This document shows positions 13,356 to 21,780 of a stretch of 64,000 nucleotides of DNA, piece by piece. Origin of the DNA: Epithemia pelagica (taxonomy: Eukaryota; Protista; Bacillariophyta); NCBI GenBank assembly GCA_946965045.2, contig OX337234.1:3534001-3598000 (forward strand), in the 5' to 3' direction. Position 1 is the first letter of the stretch; each line of letters opens with the position of its first letter. The notes under the pieces were generated by a model. It did not search any database and was not told the DNA's origin. It was given only the letters and a program-made list of their open reading frames with translations. The position numbers and the translations under genes are program-made.

Positions 13356-13715
13356 TTCTTCCTCTTCTTCCTCTTCTTCCTCTTCTTCCTCTTCTTCCTC
13401 TTCTTCCTCTTCTTCCTCCTCCTCTTCTTCTTCTTCTTCTTCCTCTTCTTCCTCTTCTTCCTCTTCTTCCTCTTCTTCCTCCTCCTCTTCTTCCTCCTCC
13501 TCTTCTTCCTCCTCTTCCTCTTCACTTGTAGTGTCTTGCGTCACATCAACTACCGTACCGGACAAACTTCGAAGGGATCGAGTCAATTGGCGCGTCTTGT
13601 TGTCAGCCATGGAACTGTGCAACGAAGTGGCTTGAAGCGCCGTCACCATGGTCGTCTCCACCCATAGGGCCAATACCAGTAAAACGAGAGAAAATGTCGT
13701 CGTCGTCAACTTCAT
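13245..13715 (-). CDS. Secreted poly-glutamate protein (signal peptide, RQL/RSL/RSL, E88), 156 aa
   Basis: MKLTTTTFSLVLLVLALW signal peptide; TRQLTRSLRSL; 88 consecutive Glu encoded by mixed GAA/GAG codons; ends DSEP-stop. Confidence 0.75.
13259..13523. repeat. (CTT/CTC)n trinucleotide tract encoding poly-Glu on the minus strand
   Basis: ~265 bp of CTT/CTC triplets with 9-bp sub-periodicity. Confidence 0.95.
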
Positions 13716-14354
13716 AATGATGATGGATTCTCCAAAACACTCAAGTTACCCTTTTTTATGACTTTATGAGTGCCACAACCAGACAAGGCAAAGAAAGACG
13801 GTTCGAGAAGGAGAGAGAAACACACCCAAAATTATGAGAAACCACGACACGATCCCGGGAGTGTTTCCATTCGGCCCAAGAGGGTACAAGAAGTCAAACA
13901 GGAATCGGCACTCACAACTGTCTCCAGGGCCTATCAAGCTATGACTCTGCGAACGTCAAGTGTCATTGAGAATACTGAGGGCAATATACAACGTCCACCT
14001 TTCCACCGGGACTCATCGAGAAATTTCGCCTATCCGAGTTCGACAACAGAGTCTACCTGTTTCTATTTTGGTCGCACTCGCGATAGCAGTACCTACCTAG
14101 TCTAGCTAGGAGTAGGGAGCAGTGCCACACGAATAGAGGAGAGACACATCTACTAGACAAACAGGAGACGAACGTTAAGCGAAGCTAGGGTAGTCGAAAA
14201 CCAACCGAGGAACGAGAATCGACCGTCTACTACTAAGGCAGTACTACTAATAGTACTAGAGGATTCGTCTCTCGAATGCGGTTGTGGTGGTCGGTCCTTC
14301 GGAGTCTGGAAATAGAACACATCATTGACTGGACCCGTTCGACAACGACACCAT

Positions 14355-15854
14355 CTAGGCCGCTGCTCGGACACATTCATTGATATCCATGGGCGCCCAA
14401 ATTTCATGGGGTTTTCCGTCGGGCATCACGGTATCCAATCGAATGCGATAGGGATTGCCCTTGTCCCAGTGGGCAATGACAGTCCCCGATTGCCATTCGG
14501 TCGGCGTCAGGCGTGCTTGGACCGTCGTGCCAATGGCAAAGCGCAAGTCGTCCTCCGTGACCAAGCAGGTTTCAAAGTCGCGTTGCAATTGCGGTCCTTT
14601 CAAGTGTTTGCCAATAAAGACAAATTGACAGACACGGTCTTCACCATCCTTCCAGACCAAATCGGGCAAAAAGTGACCCTGAAACACCATGCCCACGCCT
14701 TGAAAAACGTATTTTTGTGCCATGCCCTTGACGGCCAAGATACCCTTGTATCGATACAAGAGCAAATTGTCGCCACCACCACCATTCTTGGCATGACTGT
14801 GATCCTGATGACTGTGATCATGGCCGTCGTCATGAGTGTGGTCGGCTCCTCCCGACTGTTTGTTTCCACCCGAGGAGGCAATCAGGCGTTGGATCCAATC
14901 TTGCAAGACATGAATTTGCACCTCTCCGGGCACGACACACGAAACGGACGAGACGGCCTGGTCCTTGCGATGTTTGCGCGTATGCGTCAAGAAATTGGCA
15001 TCCAAATTCAAGGCGCGTTGCAATTCAAAGCCCTTGAGTTGGAGCAAGGTTTCGGACAAGTTGGGGACACGACTGTGCGTCGTGGGAACAATGCGGACGG
15101 TTGGATTCAAGTCCAGCAGCGCTTCCGTAATGCGTTGCACCGTGGCATCCTTATTGGTCTTTTCGTCGTCGTCATTGGCAATCAAATCCATCTTGTTGAG
15201 CAAAATGACATCGGCAAAGGCCACTTGTTCGACGGCTTCATTCACAACCGAGCCTGGTTTTTCTTCCTCGAGTCGCTCCAAAATGTGCTTGCCATCGACA
15301 ACCGTGACCACGCCTTGCAATCTAAAGTGACGACTAATGTCGGCCGATTGAAAAAAGGTTTGAATAATGGGGGCCGGATCGGCCAAGCCCGTCGTTTCCA
15401 ACAAGATTCCATGCACGCCCTTGGCAACAATGCGGGGATACAAGTTTTGCAAGGCGCGGACCAAATCGCCTCGAATACTACAGCAAATACAGCCATTGGT
15501 GACTTCAATCATGGTTTCCTCGTCCGTCAAGGCATGATGCAAGACCGGATCGTTGTTGTCCTCGTCGTCGGTTTTTGGTGCGTCCGATTCCGGATCGACC
15601 GGAGTGGCCAATTTGGGATTGGTCGTTTCGGTGTTGGCCTGCTGCTTGGTCTGTTCGTGTTGCCGTCCCAAAATTTGATGATCGATACTGACGGCCCCCA
15701 CTTCGTTTTCAATCACGGCAAATTTCAAGCCATGATCCGGACTGGTCAAAATGTAATTGAGGAGGGTCGATTTGCCCGATCCCAAAAAGCCGGTAATAAT
15801 CGTCACGGGCACCACCGGTGGACCAAAGACGGCATTTTGCAAGGACCGCAACAT
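14355..15854 (-). CDS. COG0523/CobW-family (ZNG1-like) metal-binding GTPase with CobW_C and an extra C-terminal domain, 499 aa
   Basis: Walker [19 protein letters not shown] (CxCC), [12 protein letters not shown], His-rich [16 protein letters not shown], CobW_C motif YRYKGILAV...FQGV...FVFIGKHL; single exon. Confidence 0.92.
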   Translation of the reverse strand: MLRSLQNAVFGPPVVPVTIITGFLGSGKSTLLNYILTSPDHGLKFAVIENEVGAVSIDHQILGRQHEQTKQQANTETTNPKLATPVDPESDAPKTDDEDNNDPVLHHALTDEETMIEVTNGCICCSIRGDLVRALQNLYPRIVAKGVHGILLETTGLADPAPIIQTFFQSADISRHFRLQGVVTVVDGKHILERLEEEKPGSVVNEAVEQVAFADVILLNKMDLIANDDDEKTNKDATVQRITEALLDLNPTVRIVPTTHSRVPNLSETLLQLKGFELQRALNLDANFLTHTRKHRKDQAVSSVSCVVPGEVQIHVLQDWIQRLIASSGGNKQSGGADHTHDDGHDHSHQDHSHAKNGGGGDNLLLYRYKGILAVKGMAQKYVFQGVGMVFQGHFLPDLVWKDGEDRVCQFVFIGKHLKGPQLQRDFETCLVTEDDLRFAIGTTVQARLTPTEWQSGTVIAHWDKGNPYRIRLDTVMPDGKPHEIWAPMDINECVRAAA

Positions 15855-16141
15855 GGTGTTGTTGTTGGATGTATGATGATATGTGTGTGATGTGGCTGTC
15901 GCTACGACGAACCGCGCTTTCTCTCTTGCTTTTGGCTGTGTGCAAGTGCAATCTCAAACACACTCTTTTGTGTGTTTGTGCCGTTGTTTCTCGTGCTTCT
16001 CGAGCTATCGATTCGCCCCAAACAAGAAAAGAGATCGAGACAGCACAAAGCCATTGGATTTGCCACAAGAAGAACCACAAAGATTGTTTGTTTGGAGGCG
16101 ACGAGGGGACCATAAAAGGGCCTCTACTACGCACACTCTTA

Positions 16142-16604
16142 GGCCGTTCCTCGAGCACGACAAAACCAATTTGAGAACGTGACATCGTGGAGAATTTTCA
16201 CATTGGCCAGTTTTTCCATCCTCAAGCAAAACCAAAACCAAAACAAGAGCCCGCGCCTTTTGTAGGTCCCCAACACTCCCCAAAAGTACTCTGTGGAATT
16301 GAATACCAATACTATTCGAAAGTTGGAATACTTCATTAGGGATTGGGGGACCGCTGGAGTCGAACGCGCGCCGCTGAAGTCCAGAACGCGCGCTGGAAGT
16401 TTCTGTAACCCATATGTACACTAGAATAAAGATAACACAATCCCTAATGCTATTACAGGATTTGTCGGCCGACAAATCCTGAGCTTTGGATTTGTCGGAA
16501 TGGAGGGCCGACAAAAACTGTGCAGTGAAATATGACGTCAAGATGATGTAAATTGATGACGTGTCACGTTTTCAGATTGGTTTTGTCGTGCTCGAGGAAC
16601 AGCC
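16142..16604. mobile_element. Non-autonomous MITE, PIF/Harbinger (Tourist)-like, 463 bp
   Basis: ~47-bp imperfect terminal inverted repeats (GGCCGTTCCTCGAGCACGACAAAACCAATTTGAGAACGTGACA / TGTCACGTTTTCAGATTGGTTTTGTCGTGCTCGAGGAACAGCC) flanked by TTA at 16139-16141 and 16605-16607; no coding capacity. Confidence 0.85.
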
Positions 16605-17747
16605 TTATTACACGTGTGTCCATGCTTACGCCTCTTGGAAGCGACCTACCAGCGATCCTTTATATGCGACCAAACGTAGCGGGTTTCTCCGAGCAACACT
16701 CCAACTGCTGGATCATGACCACATCTCCCGAATGAAATGATGCCACACAGACGGGGCTCTTCTGTCATGGCCATGCAGGGGAGTGGTGTCTTCTTGGAAA
16801 ACACACACACACACAAGAGTCGGTGGTGGTCCACAGCCACAGCACACCTGCATCAAACCTACTCTCTATCTACTACTACTAGAGGACGACGAACGACGAG
16901 GATACTACGAGCTACGAGTACCTCTAGGAGTATGTTGTTTGCTGCGCAGGGATGATGCGATAGGACATCCCCCGTGTCTCCCCCAAGAAAAAAGGAGGAT
17001 GGGGCAGACACTCTTGGTATATATGCTGTTGTGTGCTAGCTAGCTAGGTATTAGAGGAGTACAGGGATACTCGTTTGGACCATCTGTGGCGTGTTCACTC
17101 GCACAGGCATAGAACTTGTACCCCCACAAAACACGGGATCTGTGCACGATTGTCGTTTGGAACCTGGATACACACCGCCAATATATACAAACACAGACAA
17201 TGGGGGAAATGGGTGTCTTTTTATGCCAACACCATTCCGCCCAAAAAAAACAGAATGAGAGGCCGGAAGGACGAAACTCCAGAGTGTTCGTATCGAGAGA
17301 CGCACACGACAAGAACTGGGACCTGTAGTGTACCGTGTGACATGCGGAACAGGCTCCTCCTGTTTGGATCCTGTCTCTTGCCAGAGAGTTACAAAACGTT
17401 TGAGTAGTCCACATCCTGCTCTATTACCTAGATAAAGACTCCTTATAGAGACGTGCGAACACACACATACACAAACGACCTGGGATCTGTGCACCCAAGT
17501 GTTGTTGTTGCCTTCCTTGGACTATTTTCACGCCGCAACAAAGAGGTGGAAACGACATGGTTGGGCAAATGGATCCAACCGTGAAAACGTCTCTCCACGC
17601 ACACTCCTCACTCTCTCACAAAAAAAGAAACAACCGATTCCAAACAACCCGCCTTGTTGTCCGACGAAAGCAACCGTGCTTTTGCTTCTACTGCTCCTGC
17701 TCCCATTTGTCGTCGTCAAGAAGTCGTCCTTTTGTCGTCCTCAAGCC

Positions 17748-18089
17748 ATGAAATTTCGGCTCCATCCCATGACTCCTTCTTCTTTGTGTTTCAACAGCAC
17801 CATCCGGCTCATAATGTTGCTGCTCATGCTGGTATTCTTGTGGTGCCATTGGATTCCACCCGTGTCCAGTAGGACACTGCGACAACAAGGACGTCGTCGT
17901 CGTCAAGTGTTGGAAGATCAAGACGATGCCATTCCGTCGTCGGAATGTGTGCCGGAAGATGTTTGTGCCATGAATAAAAGTCGTCCGGACTGTCATGGGC
18001 AACGGGAACCGTCGGAATGTGAGGGAGAAGGACTCTTTACGGCCTGTTTCTGGAGGCGTCAACGCTGCGTCCATCTGTCTGGACCCTAA
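17748..18089 (+). CDS. Small secreted Cys-rich peptide precursor, 113 aa
   Basis: Hydrophobic segment IRLIMLLLMLVFLWCHWIPPVSS, then RTL and RRRR, an acidic spacer, and a 6-Cys domain C-x5-C-x8-C-x8-C-x8-C-x6-C. Confidence 0.65.
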   Translation: MKFRLHPMTPSSLCFNSTIRLIMLLLMLVFLWCHWIPPVSSRTLRQQGRRRRQVLEDQDDAIPSSECVPEDVCAMNKSRPDCHGQREPSECEGEGLFTACFWRRQRCVHLSGP

Positions 18090-18242
18090 GAAACGACAAA
18101 AAGAGTGGAAGGATTAGAAATAATGAGATTCATTAGAGATCAGGATGCTGTTCCTTAAGAAACACCGTAATAGGCCCTGATACTGTAGTATCTGTTTGCA
18201 TGACAATAGATTTGGTTCGCATCTTTGCTTTTTTTCACGACA

Positions 18243-18243
<1 letters not shown>

Positions 18244-18286
<43 letters not shown>
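18244..18286. repeat. (CA)n microsatellite
   Basis: About 21 uninterrupted CA units. Confidence 0.95.
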
Positions 18287-18289
<3 letters not shown>

Positions 18290-18499
18290 AGTCTTGTGGA
18301 GAAGCTTCTTTCCAAAAGCGAGGCAGTGTCGTTTGTCCCAAAGGAGATTCTACCGTTTGTTTTTTTTTCGTTCGAGAATGTCAGGATCCTCTGGTGCGTG
18401 CCGTCACGAGACTCCATGTGGTTTTCTGTGGTCGTTGGATTCCCACATGTATTCTTGTGAACACCGGGGCCTGACACTTTTTTGGCATATGACAACCCT

Positions 18500-19362
18500 C
18501 TCCATTGTATTGTTTGATTGTCTTATCGAAACGATTTCTACGCATTCTTCACATATGCCTGCTGAAGATTCAAGGTCGGTTATTGTCTTTCACGTTGGTA
18601 ATGAAGAGTGGCATAAAGGACCCTGCATGCAACAAGAACGAAGGTTGCATGCTTTTGCGTGGTATGCAATAGTGCGATTTACGCCATGGGCGGAATCGGA
18701 GACTTTATGACACCCTCGGATACCATGGAACGTATCACTATTAGCGATTCATTGCTGTTGTGGCGCGGGGGACAGTATCAAGGCGATATTTTGTCCTCCG
18801 TGGAGATCATTGACACAGTATCCGTCCGGAGATGTTTGGTGACACCTGGACCATCGTTGAAAGCACCTCGAAGCCAGTTGGGAATGGGTGTGGTTGGTAA
18901 ATGTATATAGGTTGTTGGTCGGGCAGTCGATGACCAGTCGAATTCCTGTGGAGTTTCATGACTTAGAAGTATTGGACAACAACAACAACGCGAACAGTGC
19001 ATCATACGGTGGGCCGGGTGGGCTCCTGTCTTGTTGTTGTTGCAGGAGGATACAGAAACGGCTGCTTACTTTCTGTGCAAGTCTTAGATACTTTGAACAG
19101 TGTTGTTTGGAAGCTTCCGAACTTGAGAGAGGGGACGGAGGAAGACAGGAGGTTTGGTTCTAGCGTGGTTACCTTGTCGAGGGGTGTCACCACTCTGAGT
19201 GTTGGGTCTGTATATCCGTTGGGGATTCATGGGGAACAGTGTCTCTTATTGGGGACAAGAACAGTTGGCTATTGGCTCGTTTGTTGTTGGCCTGCTGACG
19301 AAAATAATCAACGACATGGCATCATTAGAGACACGGAGCGTCTCGAGAGCGTGATGATGTAG
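18500..19362 (+). pseudogene. Kelch-repeat pseudogene
   Basis: Kelch fragments in three frames: EEWHKGPCMQQERRLHAFA / VCNSAIYAMGG, GGQYQGDILSSVEIID...GPSLKAPRSQLGMGVVGKCI*VVG, HHTVGRVGSCLVVVAGGYRNGCLLSVQVLD; frameshift near 18659 and in-frame TAG at 18908-18910. Boundaries approximate. Confidence 0.75.
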
Positions 19363-21097
19363 GGCATTTGTTTGAAGTGTTGGATGGTGTGCTTGGTGGT
19401 CAGACTCTGGATCCAATTGTAGAGCAATGATATATCGTGAATCACACTGTTGCGCCATCTTGTAGCTGTTCTTGTACGATCGACGACAACCAAACGAATC
19501 GATACGACTGTCGAGAATCGCTCTCTCTGGAGGATTGATTGATTGTTCATTGTAGATGAGGTCTCGCATCATGGTTGTTTCGTGGCGTAAAGATGTTTGT
19601 GTTTGTTGTTGGTGGGATCGCTGGGATTGTTCTTTGGGATGTTGGCATGGGGCTTTGGGAGATGGATCTTTCGGATGTCACGAAATGTTAACGCGACCGA
19701 AATTCACTGTGTGCTACCGATTCACGTATCATGAACGAATTACCACTCCCCCTGTAGGCATAACCACAACAATCGACAATGACTCCAAGGGTAGCAACAA
19801 ATGTATTGGCATTTTGTCTTGATTTATCTCTTTCACTTCAAAGTCATGTGAGATTCGTTTCTGTCTCGAATCTCGAATCCCTCTGGAGGGAACCACGTTG
19901 TTCGTTAAGCTACTGTTTAGAGGTAGTTCGTAATTTTATGGACTAAGGAGATATTCCTCTAGAAGAATGGTTATTCTTAGGTGTGGCTCGACATAACATT
20001 ATCCCAAACCGCACGGACGCCTACGCGGTGAAGGGTTCTCGACCTTCGAGAAGACCAACTCTCTCGTTGTTGCAGATGAGCACAACAAGTTGAAGGATCC
20101 ATTCTTGTAGGTCATATTCTCGGGTCATTTCCTTCATGTATTGATTCTGTGAAACACAAGTCGTACCTGCTCTTGGCCAAAAGTTAACATCAGACTTTTA
20201 ACCTTGTTCATTTCTAATGCGTAAGAGATCGAGAGAGAGAGAGAGGTTCTCTGATTGTTTGGAAAATCATGGTATGACTGGGGAACTCAACACTCGTTTT
20301 GGACTTTGCTTGCACCCATGTGCAAGTTCATGAGATGACCCCTGCTCGTACAGTCGTTGTGAGGGCGTTTGCAAACAGGCAGCATTATTTAAGAAGTGTA
20401 ATGTTGTCCATGTAGGAGAAAGTTCTTTGAGGGAGAAATTTCCTCCAAGTTAACGGAGTGTCGTTTGTCCTTCGCTCGAGTTCATTTGGAAAAATTGGCA
20501 CTGGCATTTCGATTGAATGTCTTCTGATCGTGAAAGAGGAACAATTCCGATCATCATCCCTGTTCGATCCGAACATCTGCGAGTAAGAATCTTTGCCTTC
20601 ACTGGAAACTTGGTGTACGAGTATTTCCTTGGAAAGTTGCATCCCCTTCAATGCTAACGGCAATTTGTGGCAGGAATCACATGCAAAGGCCCTTCGAAAA
20701 GATAGATATAATAGTGTACCTCATGAAATCAATTGATTCATGATGATGTGTGATTGTGATGTGTCATGAGTCCTGAAGGGTTAAATAAAATGGCATTTTC
20801 CGATCAAACGCAAATGACTTGGACATGGTGTCAGGTGTCAGACCATTGCCCCATGGAGGATCGTGTTCATGTCGAATTATTATTCGAAATCGGATGGATA
20901 AAAATGACTATGTCCACGAATATGACTATGACCCCATTGACACAAGCTCCGGCTCTCTCTCAAAAATCTCCTTCGTTTTCTCACAATTTTCAGTTTCGAT
21001 CGAAACGCAACGCACACACATTCACTGGACCGATTGTTGAATTTTCGTTACTACGTCAAGTCTCTTTCATCACCCCTTTTTTATTCCGTATCCCAGT

Positions 21098-21331
21098 ATG
21101 AAGTTTGTTACTCTTTCATTCCTTATCTTGGCTCTTTTGTTGAAGACCATTTTGCTTTGTCAAGCGGCACCTGAGGAAGACACCCAAGATATGGACAGGG
21201 ATCGGTTCCTACGAGAAGTCCAAAAGGGTAAAGATGGGTTCGAACGAGAACTCGGAAAGGGTAAACTCACCCTTGGGAAATCTGTAATCGACATAAGAGA
21301 AACAGGGACGCCTGTTTGGCACAGAACCTGA
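21098..21331 (+). CDS. Small secreted protein with RFL/REL motifs, 77 aa
   Basis: Classic signal peptide MKFVTLSFLILALLLKTILLCQA; acidic segment, RFL, KGK, REL, GKGK. A 64-bp intron (21261-21324) cannot be excluded. Confidence 0.65.
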   Translation: MKFVTLSFLILALLLKTILLCQAAPEEDTQDMDRDRFLREVQKGKDGFERELGKGKLTLGKSVIDIRETGTPVWHRT

Positions 21332-21360
21332 AAGAAAATGTACCAGATGAAGATACCTAC

Positions 21361-21739
21361 AGTCAAAGTACACAGGATACTCTGTAGTAGCTAGGGGTAG
21401 TACCTATATTGGCGTGGAGGTGATCAAGTCTCCACGACAATACACTAGAGAAGTTGTTTCACAACTTTCTGTTTGTTGATACTATAAGCTCTAGGTTTAG
21501 CAACTACATTCGATTCCTCATTTGATTCCTCACGAGGAATCAATTCCTCATTTACTCATGGAGGTTAGTTTGGAACCATTGATGCCAATGGCTAGAGCTT
21601 GGTTACTATGCGACGGGCAATGCCTTCTCTGGTAGTAAGGCATTGCTCTTGGATACATAGTGGGGACACGATTCTATGTCTCACAGATTCGAATCGTGAC
21701 TGCCATATCGCCTGTCCGTCACACTGATTAACCGCGACT
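21361..21739 (-). repeat. 3' LTR (379 bp)
   Basis: Direct repeat of 30046-30424; ends AGTC...GACT; internal 10-bp stem GCAATGCCTT/AAGGCATTGC (21617-21646). Confidence 0.95.
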
Positions 21740-21748
21740 CTCCCTCTT
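21740..21748 (-). other. Polypurine tract
   Basis: AAGAGGGAG on the element sense strand, directly before the 3' LTR. Confidence 0.8.
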
Positions 21749-21780
21749 GACAAGGGCGATATCTTTTCAAACACAGTCAA

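Noticed and set aside
13199-13667. Poly-Lys/Arg, poly-Phe/Leu and poly-Leu/Pro ORFs
   Set aside because: Alternative frames of the GAA/GAG tract; only the Glu frame has a signal peptide and purely synonymous variation.
14325-15890. 521-aa plus-strand ORF
   Set aside because: Antisense shadow of the CobW gene; no recognisable motifs. The same applies to 7840-8697, 8904-9761, 705-1346, 4393-5127 and the many short ORFs over the copia, WW and mucin genes.
19985-20663. Protein-like fragments on the minus strand (QYMKEMTREYDLQEWILQLVVL; SPTWTTLHFLNNAACL; HQVSSEGKDSYSQMF)
   Set aside because: Possibly a decayed gene, but I cannot assign a family or link the frames; needs tBLASTx.
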